Source of the DNA: Minisyncoccota bacterium
GTDB lineage: Bacteria; Patescibacteriota; Minisyncoccia; JAHIHE01; JAGLIN01
Direction: 5' to 3'
Assembly (NCBI GenBank): GCA_028690055.1
Contig: JAQVBZ010000004.1
Location: forward strand, 1,855-65,854
Length of the DNA: 64,000 nt
Part shown: piece by piece, positions 1 to 9,643 of the stretch
Numbering within the stretch: position 1 is the first letter of the stretch
How the letters are laid out: each line of letters opens with the position of its first letter
The notes under the pieces: generated by a model
What the model was told of the DNA's origin: nothing
Database searches by the model: none
The model's input: the letters and a program-made list of their open reading frames with translations, nothing else
Position numbers and translations under genes: made by a program

Positions 1-76
1 ATTCCTCACAACGGATGCCGCCCACCAAAGGCACGCCGCGTATAGCATTTTCGTAATTTATAAATAAGCAATCATT

Positions 77-703
77 ATGGCCAGAATTACAAGCCCACAA
101 TGCAAACAATGCCGACGTGAAGGCAAGAAGCTCTTCCTCAAGGGGGAACGCTGCTACTCGGTCAAATGTGGCATCGCCCGCCGAGCCTACGCTCCGGGAC
201 AACACGGACAGGACAGAAGGATGAGAGTTTCGGAATATTGCATGCAGCTCAGAGAAAAGCAAAAACTCAAGAGAATCTACGGATTGATGGAAAAGCAATT
301 CCGAAAATATTATGACGAAGCCACTCGTATGAAGGGCAATACCGGCAGTCTGTTGGTAGTCACTTTGGAGAGAAGACTTGATAATGTTATCTACCGCACC
401 GGACTCGGATCGTCCCGCAGACTCGCCAGACAGCTGGTCAATCACGGACACTTCAAAGTCAATGGTACGCGCGTAAACATTCCTTCTTTTATGGTAAAAG
501 AAGGTGACGTAATCACTGTAAAAAAAGAAACTTCCACATATTTCAAGAACGTTCGCGAGACCCTGGGTGGCGGACAGATTCCTTCTTGGATAAACTTCGA
601 TGAGAAGAAACTGGAAGTTAAAATCAATGCTATGCCGAGCGAGAAAGAGGCTGAGCTTGATGTTAACATCAACCAAGTAGTTGAATATTATTCCAAGATT
701 TAG
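77..703 (+). CDS. rpsD: 30S ribosomal protein S4
   Basis: N-terminal C4 zinc motif (CKQCRREG…CYSVKC), S4 domain, 208 aa; followed by rpoA and rplQ as in the alpha operon. Confidence 0.93.
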   Translation: MARITSPQCKQCRREGKKLFLKGERCYSVKCGIARRAYAPGQHGQDRRMRVSEYCMQLREKQKLKRIYGLMEKQFRKYYDEATRMKGNTGSLLVVTLERRLDNVIYRTGLGSSRRLARQLVNHGHFKVNGTRVNIPSFMVKEGDVITVKKETSTYFKNVRETLGGGQIPSWINFDEKKLEVKINAMPSEKEAELDVNINQVVEYYSKI

Positions 704-744
704 TGCTGATTGCACTTTTAAGATCTATCTAACTAACAAAAATT

Positions 745-1752
745 ATGCAACAAATCACATTGCCGGAAAGACCGATCATCACCAAGCAGGATGGAAACTA
801 TGCTGTTTTCGAAATCCGAGCTTGCTATCCGGGCTATGGAATGACTTTGGGCAACTCTCTGCGCAGAGTGCTCCTTTCCAGTTTGCAGGGTGCGGCTATC
901 ACAGCCGTGAAAATCTCGGGGGTGAACCACGAATTTTCTGCTATCCCGGGTGTACTGGAAGATGCGGTGGAGATTATGCTTAATTTGAAGAAAGTTAGGT
1001 TCAAGATGTTTTCCGATGAACCGGTCAAGCTCACTTTGAAAGCCAACAAAGAAGGCAAGGTGACTGCGGGCGACATTGCCAAAGCGGACAACGTGGAAGT
1101 GGTAAACAAAGACGCGCATATCGCGACCATCACTGACAAGAAAGTCGTTCTGGAAATGGAATTCCGCATCGAAAGAGGCGTGGGCTACGTTCCGGTCGAG
1201 CAGCAAGACAATGATAAGGCGGACATCGGTACTATTGGCGTAGATGCCATCTTCACCCCGATCAAGAGTGTGAATTACAAGGTGGAGAATATGCGTGTGG
1301 GTAAGATGACCAACTACGACCGTCTCACTCTAGAAATAGAAACTGATGGCAGCCGGACTCCAGAAGAAGCTTTCAGCGAAGCGGTGGTGCTGATGATGCA
1401 GCACTTCGACCTTTTCGGTGAATTCGCCCAGATCAAAGAAGATACGGCGAAAGCGGCAGAGACTGCTTTTATCGAGGAGGCCAAAGAAGACAACCGCAAC
1501 GAGAGTAAGCAGGTAGAGAAGTTGGAAGCCATCGCCGAAGAGAAGAAACAGGATGTTCTCAAAACACCGTTGGACGAATTCAACATTTCAAGTCGCGTAC
1601 TTAAGGTACTGGCCGAGAATAAAATCAAAACTGTCGGCAAGGTAGTGAGCAAGACTGAAGAGGACTTGAGTAACCTGCCGGGTATGGGAGACAAGGGAAT
1701 CAAGGAAATCAAGAAAGCGATCGGCAAAATGGGGCTGACACTGAAGAAATAA
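745..1752 (+). CDS. rpoA: DNA-directed RNA polymerase alpha subunit
   Basis: 335 aa; N-terminal dimerisation domain and C-terminal helix-hairpin-helix (LKVLAENKIKTVGKV…GMGDKGIKEIKKAI); synteny rpsD-rpoA-rplQ. Confidence 0.93.
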   Translation: MQQITLPERPIITKQDGNYAVFEIRACYPGYGMTLGNSLRRVLLSSLQGAAITAVKISGVNHEFSAIPGVLEDAVEIMLNLKKVRFKMFSDEPVKLTLKANKEGKVTAGDIAKADNVEVVNKDAHIATITDKKVVLEMEFRIERGVGYVPVEQQDNDKADIGTIGVDAIFTPIKSVNYKVENMRVGKMTNYDRLTLEIETDGSRTPEEAFSEAVVLMMQHFDLFGEFAQIKEDTAKAAETAFIEEAKEDNRNESKQVEKLEAIAEEKKQDVLKTPLDEFNISSRVLKVLAENKIKTVGKVVSKTEEDLSNLPGMGDKGIKEIKKAIGKMGLTLKK

Positions 1753-1784
1753 CATTTACCAAATTTTAGAGTTAAATAAGAGAT

Positions 1785-2132
1785 ATGAACCATCAAGTTA
1801 AAGGCAGAAAATTCAAGCGAGACCACGCCCAGAGAAAAGCTCTGATGAAGCACTTGTCTGAGTCGCTCATTCTGCAAGGAAGAATCCAGACCACTACAGC
1901 TAAGGCAAAGGAATTGGCTCCGTACGTAGCCAAGCTCGTCACCAGAGCCAAGAAGCAGGATCTCCTCGCTTCCAAGATTGTCCACGGGATGCTTGCTGAC
2001 GAACCGGCTAAGAAATTGCTCGGAGAAATCGCCAAGAAATTCGAGAATCAGCCAGGCGGCTATACTCGCATCATCAAAGTGGGAACCAGAAACCACGACG
2101 CGGCGCAGATGTCCATTATTGAATTCATCTAA
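1785..2132 (+). CDS. rplQ: 50S ribosomal protein L17
   Basis: 115 aa; KLGRKTDHRRALLRNL-like N-terminus (GRKFKRDHAQRKALMKHL); synteny. Confidence 0.9.
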   Translation: MNHQVKGRKFKRDHAQRKALMKHLSESLILQGRIQTTTAKAKELAPYVAKLVTRAKKQDLLASKIVHGMLADEPAKKLLGEIAKKFENQPGGYTRIIKVGTRNHDAAQMSIIEFI

Positions 2133-2160
2133 AGGCTATTATTAATATTTTTCAAGAATT

Positions 2161-2565
2161 ATGAATCAGAATACTAAAATAGAACGCAATTGGCACGTCT
2201 TTGACGCCAGCGACGAGAACTTCGGCCGGATGTCTACCAAGATCGCCACACTGCTTCGCGGCAAGAACAAGGCCACCTGGACCCCTCACATCGACGGGGG
2301 AGACAGCGTCGTTATTATCAATACCGACAAGGTGAAATTCTCCGGCAAGAAGGGTACTGACAAGATTTATTACCACCACAGTGGATACTTGGGTGGAATG
2401 AAAGAAATCGCGCTCCAGGACCAAATCATCAAAGACTCACGCGAAGTCATCCGCTCTGCGGTTTTCGGAATGCTTCCGAAGAACAAGCTCCGCAACGAAA
2501 TGATGAAGAGGATGCACATCTACAAAGATGCAGAGCACCCTTACGCTGATAAACTAGCCAAGTAA
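2161..2565 (+). CDS. rplM: 50S ribosomal protein L13
   Basis: 134 aa; typical L13 N-terminus (WHVFDASDENFGRMSTKIATLLRGK), followed by rpsI. Confidence 0.92.
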   Translation: MNQNTKIERNWHVFDASDENFGRMSTKIATLLRGKNKATWTPHIDGGDSVVIINTDKVKFSGKKGTDKIYYHHSGYLGGMKEIALQDQIIKDSREVIRSAVFGMLPKNKLRNEMMKRMHIYKDAEHPYADKLAK

Positions 2566-2586
2566 TTTTTTATAATCTAATTTGAT

Positions 2587-2997
2587 ATGGTAAACGAAAA
2601 AGGAAAATATTTTTACGCCGTCGGCCGAAGAAAAACTGCGGTTGCCAAAGTGCGCGTATACGAAAAGGGAGAAAAGCCGGGCATTGTCGTCAATGACAAG
2701 GATCTGACTTCATTCTTTGCCGAGAACAAGACCTTGATCGAGAAAGTGAATTCTCCTTTCAACGTCGTTGAACTCCAAGACAAATATACCGTCACGGTAA
2801 AAGTCTTGGGCGGAGGTATCACCGGACAGGCCGAAGCCATCCGTTTGGGCATTTCAAGAGCATTGCTTCTCATCGATGAAGAGTACAAGCATGTTCTCAA
2901 GGCGCACGGCTATCTGACTCGTGACCCGCGCGAAGTGGAACGCAAGAAACCGGGACTCAAAAAAGCCCGTCGAGCTCCACAGTGGAAGAAACGTTAA
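2587..2997 (+). CDS. rpsI: 30S ribosomal protein S9
   Basis: 136 aa; GRRKTAVAKVRV…GGGITGQAEAIRLGISRAL and C-terminal …RRAPQWKKR signature. Confidence 0.93.
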   Translation: MVNEKGKYFYAVGRRKTAVAKVRVYEKGEKPGIVVNDKDLTSFFAENKTLIEKVNSPFNVVELQDKYTVTVKVLGGGITGQAEAIRLGISRALLLIDEEYKHVLKAHGYLTRDPREVERKKPGLKKARRAPQWKKR

Positions 2998-3036
2998 TCG
3001 TTTCAATCGGTTCAAACAAATATCTCTATGCAAAAA

Positions 3037-3068
3037 ACACACCCAAGTGGTCGGGTGTGTTTTTATTA
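3037..3068 (+). terminator. Rho-independent terminator after rpsI
   Basis: 8-bp GC-rich stem ACACACCC/GGGTGTGT, 8-nt loop, followed by TTTTT. Confidence 0.7.
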
Positions 3069-3097
3069 TAGTCAAAAATCACCTACCACACCCCTCT

Positions 3098-3151
3098 TTG
3101 TCATTCTGAGCCAGACAAAACCGGACTACGATCCGGTACTGGAATGACAAA
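3098..3151. mobile_element. MITE-like element, family A (TTGTCATTC…GGAATGACAAA), short copy
   Basis: Terminal inverted repeats ttgtcattctgag / ggaatgacaaa flanking the internal hairpin ccgga-ctacgat-ccgg. Confidence 0.6.
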
Positions 3152-3193
3152 CAGGGAAAGTTTATCTACGTAAATATCGAAATTATCATTTTT

Positions 3194-3323
3194 TTGTCAT
3201 TCCGGCCTTAGGAGGATACCTACCTTACAGTTAAGCTATACCATATAGGTAAGATGGCAGTATTATAGGGATTCTTCTACTCCGCTACCGCCCTCGACAA
3301 GGGCAAGGGCTCAGAATGACAAA
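3194..3323. mobile_element. MITE-like element, family A
   Basis: ttgtcattccgg … ctcagaatgacaaa termini around ~110 bp of unrelated core. Confidence 0.6.
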
Positions 3324-3466
3324 ATATTATTTTTATCGCAAAATAGAAGCTTATTGCTTCATTCAGGTAATTTTGATATTCGCGTTTTATCTATTTTTAT
3401 CTATATTGACAAAAGCGAAATTTGTGATACTATATGCTAAGAAGGAAAAATTGGAGATGAAAGATA

Positions 3467-3739
3467 ATGGAAAAAGGAAAACATCCAGGATTGATAAAAA
3501 TCCGTAATGATTTTGAGGCGGCAGAAAAGATAGAACCAGAAGAAATAGCTGGAGCGCTTATCGAGGAATTTGGTTTGCCATTTGTAGGTAGTAGGCAGAT
3601 AACCACTGCACGGGCAAAAGAATTGTGCTCTCAGGACGAAGAGGGGTTTATAGTCCTCTATAAAGACATTCCTGGGGCGCGGGAGGTTATTGATACGCTA
3701 AAAAGAAGAAAAAGTGATATCGTATGGGGGGGCTTATGA
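3467..3739 (+). CDS. hypothetical small protein (90 aa)
   Basis: ORF preceded by GGAGA RBS-like sequence; stop overlaps a strong hairpin plus T-run (3726-3778). Confidence 0.4.
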   Translation: MEKGKHPGLIKIRNDFEAAEKIEPEEIAGALIEEFGLPFVGSRQITTARAKELCSQDEEGFIVLYKDIPGAREVIDTLKRRKSDIVWGGL

Positions 3740-3778
3740 AATCATAGTATATGATTTCATACCCCTTCTTTTTTATTG
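3726..3778 (+). terminator. Rho-independent terminator
   Basis: 10-bp stem ATGAAATCAT/ATGATTTCAT, loop AGTAT, then CCCCTTCTTTTTTATT. Confidence 0.65.
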
Positions 3779-3921
3779 TCTCCCTACAGAAACGTCGATT
3801 CATCGCGTACAATTTTTCTAATAAAATCGTCTATCGCGCATTCTGAGACGCGATAAATCGACGTTTCTACAAAACAATCTTTGGCGACCCCGTCGCATCT
3901 AATTCTCGCTTCCCCTCCGTA

Positions 3922-4094
3922 TGTCATTCCCGTGGAGGCGGGAATCCAGAGTAGAAACTGCAAAATAGCCGTAGAATAAAGAAAATATACAGGAGAATTC
4001 AAACGGCTAAGGTGTTTTGGTAAGGTATTTCGGTATTGAAACATTAAATTCCTTATGGAACTTATCCTCGCGGAGCAAGGCCGGGAATGACACA
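3922..4094. mobile_element. MITE-like element, family A
   Basis: tgtcattcccg … ccgggaatgacaca termini. Confidence 0.55.
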
Positions 4095-4187
4095 AATAGA
4101 ACGGGAGGGGGTTTCGATCGCTACAATTTTAACAAATTATTATTTTTGTGATATTATGTAAGAAAAGAAACATAGGAGTGATTGACA

Positions 4188-4487
4188 ATGGAAAACACAC
4201 CCGAGACACCCCATCTTGTAGATGCTTTTCATATAGATTCTCCGAGACTGTTGGTGGAATTGACCAACGCAATACCCGGTGGTGAAGAGCTGACCATGGA
4301 AAAAGCAGACGAGTTGCTTCATCAAAAAAAATATAGAATAGATGAAGTCAATGGCAAAATTATAAGGGTCCATTTTTGCGGAATGATAGACCCAAGTGGT
4401 TACAATGCGGAACACGGCGAAGGCGCCGTAGAAAGAATCGTTGATGCGATACAAAACCCCATATGGGAGAGATTGCCCTACTGTTAG
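4188..4487 (+). CDS. hypothetical protein (~99 aa)
   Basis: ORF with AGGAGTG RBS 7 nt upstream of ATG at 4188; no recognisable domain. Confidence 0.4.
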   Translation: MENTPETPHLVDAFHIDSPRLLVELTNAIPGGEELTMEKADELLHQKKYRIDEVNGKIIRVHFCGMIDPSGYNAEHGEGAVERIVDAIQNPIWERLPYC

Positions 4488-5298
4488 GTGCTAAGATCTC
4501 CTATTTTTTTATCGCGAAATAATTTACCTACAAAACAAAATCGCGAAATCTCGTGAGGGGTTGAAGACTGATAAGCCGTTTTAAATATTGAATAATTTAG
4601 TAATCTATAAGGCCCAAAGCGGACAAATGGAGTTTAGCGGAGATTTTCAAAATTAAACCATCTGGGCTACGCTAGACCAGATTGCCGATGTTTTTGGATG
4701 CGATAAATCTGTCATTTCATAACATTTTAAAAATGTTTTTAAAGAAGGCGAATTGCAGAGAGAATCAGTTGTTGCAAAAAACGCAACAACTGCCAGCGAC
4801 GGTAAAATTTATCAGGTTGAATATTATAATCTGGACACCATTATTCCGTCGGGTACAGGGTCAACTCTATGCAGTCTACAAAATTTCGCCAATAGGCCAC
4901 GAAGACATATGGGACAAATATTTTCGCGCCTTAAAACCCGAATATATTATGTCGTTTCCGAATTGTAGGGGCACAATATCTTGTGCCCTTTTTATCACTA
5001 AAACCGCGAAAGATACGATGCTGACAATAAGGTTATCTTTATAAACAACCTTCGCAAACTCTTACGTATTTCCCGGATACCTCATGCGAGTACGCCTTTT
5101 TCTGGATGAGAAATTACTGGGGGGCTTTAATAAAAATTTTGGTTTTCTCGCTTTACATTCCGCCGACAGGGTTTATACTATAAATGTAGGCTTTAAACGC
5201 GAAAATACCCGGGAACGGGGAATGCACCTAAGAAAACGATGATTTTACAGGGAGGCCGGGGAGAGGCGCTTTTTTAATGGGATTTATAAAAACTTTTT

Positions 5299-6753
5299 AT
5301 GTTTGAACAATCTTTTAAGAATATTGATGATATCTTACGCAAGGATGCTGGGGCGTCGAGCGAGTTGGACTATGTTGAGCAGACTTCCTGGATTCTTTTT
5401 TTGAAATATCTAGACGATCTGGAGAAGGAAAAAGAACTGGCGGCGAAACTTGCCGACCAAGAATATAAATATATTATCTCGCCTAAATACCGTTGGGAGG
5501 CGTGGGCTTGTCCCAAAGGCAAGGATGGAAAACTGGATCACAATACTGCACTTTCGGGCGATGACCTTAAGGACTTTGTGGATCGGGAGCTTTTTCCGTA
5601 TCTGAAGAAATTCTGTGAGGATGCAGTAAGCCCAGATACGATTGAATACAAGATCGGGGAAATTTTTAGTGAAATCAAAAATAAGATCCAGAGTGGATAT
5701 AATCTTCGCGAAGTTTTGAATATTATCGATGCAATGCGTTTTCGCTCTCAGCAGGAAAAGCACGAGCTTTCGCATCTCTATGAAGTCAAGATTAAGAATA
5801 TGGGCAATGCGGGACGAAACGGAGGCGAATACTATACTCCGCGTCCGCTTATCAAGACCATCGTCAAAGTGGTTGATCCCAAAATCGGGGAAACCGTCTA
5901 TGACGGCGCCGTGGGTTCAGCCGGGTTTTTGGTGGAAGCTTTTGAGCATATGAAGGAAAGTAAAAAACTTTCCACAAGCGATATGGACTTTTTGCAGATG
6001 AAAACCTTTTTTGGTAAAGAGAAAAAATCGCTGGCATACATTATCGGGATTATGAATATGATTTTGCACGGCATTGAAGCGCCTAGCATCCGCCATATGA
6101 ATACTCTTTCGGAAAATATTGCCGACTTTCAAGAAAAAGACCGCTTTGATATTGTGCTGGCGAATCCGCCATTTGGCAGCCAAGAGCGCGCGGAAGTCCA
6201 GCAAAATTTCCCCATCAAAACCGGAGAAACCGCTTTTCTTTTCCTTCAACATTTTATAAAAATACTTCGAGCCGGCGGCAGGGCGGGTGTGGTCATCAAA
6301 AACACTTTTCTTTCCAACACCGATAACGCTTCCGTTTCGCTTCGCAAGACGCTCCTCACTGAATGTAATCTCCATACCGTCCTCGACCTTCCCGGTGGCA
6401 CCTTCACCGGCGCGGGTGTGAAAACCGTGATTCTATTTTTTGAAAAAGGCAAACCCACGAAAAAAGTCTGGTTCTATCAACTCAACCTCGACCGCAATCT
6501 CGGCAAGACCAATCCGCTTAGTGAAAAGGATCTGGCTGATTTTCTGAAACTGCAAAAGACCAAAGCTGACAGTGAAAATTCTTGGACGATTGATGTCGCA
6601 GATATTGATGCGAAAACTTTTGACCTCTCGGTTAAGAATCCGAATAAAAATGGGGAAGTGGTTTTGAGAGAGCCGGGGGAGATTTTGGGGGAGATGGAAG
6701 CTTTAAATAAGGAAAGTAATGTGATTTTGTCTAAAATTAGGAAGATATGCTAG
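5299..6753 (+). CDS. hsdM: Type I restriction-modification system, DNA methyltransferase subunit M
   Basis: 484 aa; HsdM N-terminal domain; AdoMet motif I (DGAVGSAGFL) and catalytic motif IV (NPPFG) of N6-adenine methyltransferases. Confidence 0.92.
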   Translation: MFEQSFKNIDDILRKDAGASSELDYVEQTSWILFLKYLDDLEKEKELAAKLADQEYKYIISPKYRWEAWACPKGKDGKLDHNTALSGDDLKDFVDRELFPYLKKFCEDAVSPDTIEYKIGEIFSEIKNKIQSGYNLREVLNIIDAMRFRSQQEKHELSHLYEVKIKNMGNAGRNGGEYYTPRPLIKTIVKVVDPKIGETVYDGAVGSAGFLVEAFEHMKESKKLSTSDMDFLQMKTFFGKEKKSLAYIIGIMNMILHGIEAPSIRHMNTLSENIADFQEKDRFDIVLANPPFGSQERAEVQQNFPIKTGETAFLFLQHFIKILRAGGRAGVVIKNTFLSNTDNASVSLRKTLLTECNLHTVLDLPGGTFTGAGVKTVILFFEKGKPTKKVWFYQLNLDRNLGKTNPLSEKDLADFLKLQKTKADSENSWTIDVADIDAKTFDLSVKNPNKNGEVVLREPGEILGEMEALNKESNVILSKIRKIC

Positions 6754-6805
6754 TTTTGCTACAAGAGAACTATCGATTATTGGGCTTATACTAGGCATTC
6801 TCTTA

Positions 6806-6835
6806 TCATTTGACATTACTAGTATAGTATAATAT
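6806..6835. promoter_or_regulatory. Perfect 10-bp inverted repeat flanking TATAAT-like box upstream of the AAA ATPase gene (candidate operator/promoter)
   Basis: ttactagtat-agtataat-atactagtaa; a second TATAAT at 6857-6862. Confidence 0.35.
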
Positions 6836-6850
6836 ACTAGTAACATACAG

Positions 6851-8296
6851 TTGAAGTATAATAGAATATATATGAATCAGGAACTGGTACAATATTTGCA
6901 ACAACAAATCAGAACGAGTGATGAGAGGTTGAAGCGATTTACGCACGACATAAAAGGAAAGCCATATCCTAGCCGTTTTATGTTTGTAAAATTAAAGCAA
7001 TATGTCAACGATTTTGTTAAAAAGAAATCGACCAACAGGATGGTGATTATGCCGGGCTTTAGAGGCGTGGGAAAGACTACTCTAATGGCTCAAGTGTGCG
7101 CGGAATATAAGAATATGGGATATAATACCCTTTTTCTCTCCGTTGAAGACGCTAATAATCTTTTTGATGTCGGCATCGCAGAGCTAATGTCGGCTTATGA
7201 AAGCATTTTAGGAGAAAATCTAGAAACCGTAAAAAAACCAATCTTGATTTTCCTGGACGAGATTCAGAGCGACCCCAAATGGGCGGTCACACTGAAGTCA
7301 TTGTTTGAGAAAACTTCAAATATATTTTTTTGCTGTACCGGATCTTCAGCCGTTATCTTGCAGACTACGACCAACCTAGCCCGAAGAGCTGTCTTTGAGA
7401 GAATGCCGCCAATGTGTTTTACGGAATATCAGATGGTAAAAAATGAGATATATCCTATGAACGGACTGAAAGAAAAAATCAGGCAGGCGGTATATTTTTC
7501 AAAAGACGCGGATGAAGTTTATGTCAATCTAAAAAAACTTCAGCCTTCCGTCAATCAATATTGGTCAAAGGCGAACAGGTTTGATATTCGGGAATATCTC
7601 TCTTTTGGAACTTTGCCTTTTGCCTTAATGATGCCTAGCGAGTCTGCCGTGTATGACTCCATCTCTCTCTTGCTTGATAAAATCATCAGATATGACTTGC
7701 CGACTTTAGGCAGCTTTGATACGGATACTCTTGGAAATGTAAAAAGAATGCTTTTTTCAATCGCGGAAAACGATACAACCAGTTTAAACGTCCTAGAGGA
7801 AAGATTTAAAATCAATCGTCTAACAATTTCCAATATCTTTGATGCCTTGGTAAGAGCGGAACTGCTTATTGATGTGCCGGCTTATGGATCAAATATGGGG
7901 GTTGCCAAGAAACCGCATAAATATCTTTTTATGACACCGGCAATCAGAATGTCTTTTTTCTATTTTACCGGCAGAGAGGACACTTATTTAACCAGGCAGG
8001 GGAAACTACTGGAAGATTCGGTTGGTTCGCATCTTTATAGAGAATTTATTTTGAGAAATCAAGGCGCGATTCGTTACGACAGCGCAGAGGGTGGAGCTGA
8101 TTTTATTTTACAAATACAAAATAACAAACAAATTATTATTGAAGTGGGGATGGGTAGCAAAGATAAGAAACAGATTATAAACAGCAGTAAAAAAATAAGT
8201 TCGGATTATAATCTGATTTTTTCTAATAGCGAATTAAAAGTCGATCCGGATCTGAAAATCGTGTTTGTGCCGTTGGATTATTATTTTTTGATGTAG
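6851..8296 (+). CDS. AAA+ superfamily ATPase, COG1373-like (AAA_14 + DUF4143-like C-terminal domain)
   Basis: Walker A GFRGVGKTT, Walker B ILIFLDEIQ; C-terminal D…E…K (GGADFILQ…IIIEVGMGSK) reminiscent of a PD-(D/E)xK fold. TTG at 6851 or ATG at 6872. Confidence 0.8.
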   Translation: MKYNRIYMNQELVQYLQQQIRTSDERLKRFTHDIKGKPYPSRFMFVKLKQYVNDFVKKKSTNRMVIMPGFRGVGKTTLMAQVCAEYKNMGYNTLFLSVEDANNLFDVGIAELMSAYESILGENLETVKKPILIFLDEIQSDPKWAVTLKSLFEKTSNIFFCCTGSSAVILQTTTNLARRAVFERMPPMCFTEYQMVKNEIYPMNGLKEKIRQAVYFSKDADEVYVNLKKLQPSVNQYWSKANRFDIREYLSFGTLPFALMMPSESAVYDSISLLLDKIIRYDLPTLGSFDTDTLGNVKRMLFSIAENDTTSLNVLEERFKINRLTISNIFDALVRAELLIDVPAYGSNMGVAKKPHKYLFMTPAIRMSFFYFTGREDTYLTRQGKLLEDSVGSHLYREFILRNQGAIRYDSAEGGADFILQIQNNKQIIIEVGMGSKDKKQIINSSKKISSDYNLIFSNSELKVDPDLKIVFVPLDYYFLM

Positions 8297-8444
8297 GTTA
8301 TCTGAAAAAGGGAAGTGATTTATTAAGGACACATAGAGAGTTCACCGTAAAGCCCTTAAACTATAAAATCATTAATTTGCTTATATTGCACCAGACGCTC
8401 GATGAGCCATATACAAAGATTTAATTGGTTCCATAAATTTTATT

Positions 8445-9056
8445 ATGAGAGAGAAAATTTTGCAAAAATATAGTCGTCTCATACAAGATATAGACGACTC
8501 TTCTGAAAGACCAGGCACGTCAACAATAGTGCGTGTTGTGACTGAGGCTAAAAATTTAATAAGAAAATCCTGTGGTGAGAGTAGTGATCACTATCTAGCA
8601 ATTAAAAGATTAAGTGAAAATTTCCACAGAAACGATTCAAGCCAATATAAAGGGATAATCGAGGCGGCCTATAATGATTATAAGGATGGGTTCACAAACA
8701 TCGACTCGTTTATTAGGGCGGAAATTTTTGAGGACTTTCTTTCAATGTCAGAATATCTTCTTGAGCAAGGATATAACGCTCCGGCCGCTTCTTTGGCGGG
8801 TGGAGTATTAGAAGATTCTTTGCGAAAACTATGTGATAAACATGGCATTTTGTATCCTGAAAAAACAAAGATAAATAGCCTTAATATAGACTTGGCGAAA
8901 GCGGGTGTTTACACTGCTTTAGTGTCAAAAGAAATCATTGCGAAGGCTGATATCAGAAATAGTGCCGACCATGGTAAATTTGAAGAATTAAAAAAAGAAG
9001 ACGTTGAAGAAATGGTTAGATGGGTTCGCAGATTTATTATTGAATATTTAGGATAA
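8445..9056 (+). CDS. HEPN-superfamily protein, DUF4145-like (203 aa)
   Basis: C-terminal …LAKAGVYTALVSKEIIAKADIRNSADHGKFEE… contains the Rx4H motif (R-NSAD-H) in a DUF4145-like context. Stop overlaps the start of the next ORF (TAATGG). Confidence 0.6.
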   Translation: MREKILQKYSRLIQDIDDSSERPGTSTIVRVVTEAKNLIRKSCGESSDHYLAIKRLSENFHRNDSSQYKGIIEAAYNDYKDGFTNIDSFIRAEIFEDFLSMSEYLLEQGYNAPAASLAGGVLEDSLRKLCDKHGILYPEKTKINSLNIDLAKAGVYTALVSKEIIAKADIRNSADHGKFEELKKEDVEEMVRWVRRFIIEYLG

Positions 9057-9643
9057 TGGATGAAAAAGATCAAATAATTTTAGAAGATTCAATTCATGCT
9101 ATTTTGTCCAATATTCCAGGACTGAATATCGCTTGGGGGCTTAGCACGGCTTTATACGGATCGGCTTTGAAACTGAGGCAAAAGAAAGTCCTCGAATGGG
9201 TAGAAATGGTAAGAGATAATCCGAATATTTTTGTTACAGACTTATTGCAAAATGAGTTTTTTCAAGATGGCTTTGCCTATTCCTTGGAAAAGTATGTGGT
9301 CGAAAGAAATGAAGAAAAGAGAAAATATTTTAGGAATATTTTTCTAGGATTTTCATCTAGTAATGATATGCAAAACTTCCCGCTTGAAAAGTTTGTTCAT
9401 ACTCTTTCACAGTTGGGAAAAGTGGACGTTACTGTTTTGGGGGATGTAAATATTATGCAACAGGATAGCGAATATCAGATTTATGGGAATGAAAATCATA
9501 AATTAATTTATATATATAATTTAATAAATCTAGGTATTTTGAGCACAAGTCCAACAACTAGATACGGTCCTATTCACGCACCCTTTGTTCGGGTTTCGGC
9601 GTTTGGAGGAGAATTTATAAAATATATAAAAGATGAAAAATAG
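9056..9643 (+). CDS. hypothetical protein (195 aa), translationally coupled to the HEPN gene and hsdS
   Basis: 1-nt overlap with upstream stop and 11-nt overlap with hsdS start; no recognisable motif. Confidence 0.55.
   Translation: MDEKDQIILEDSIHAILSNIPGLNIAWGLSTALYGSALKLRQKKVLEWVEMVRDNPNIFVTDLLQNEFFQDGFAYSLEKYVVERNEEKRKYFRNIFLGFSSSNDMQNFPLEKFVHTLSQLGKVDVTVLGDVNIMQQDSEYQIYGNENHKLIYIYNLINLGILSTSPTTRYGPIHAPFVRVSAFGGEFIKYIKDEK

Noticed and set aside
733-2096. Long antisense ORFs inside rpoA and rplQ (733-1206 -, 834-1169 -, 1314-2096 -) and similar antisense ORFs throughout the ribosomal cluster and within hsdM, hsdR, MreB and PBP2
   Set aside because: They overlap well-supported conserved genes on the opposite strand. 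These are typical shadow ORFs.
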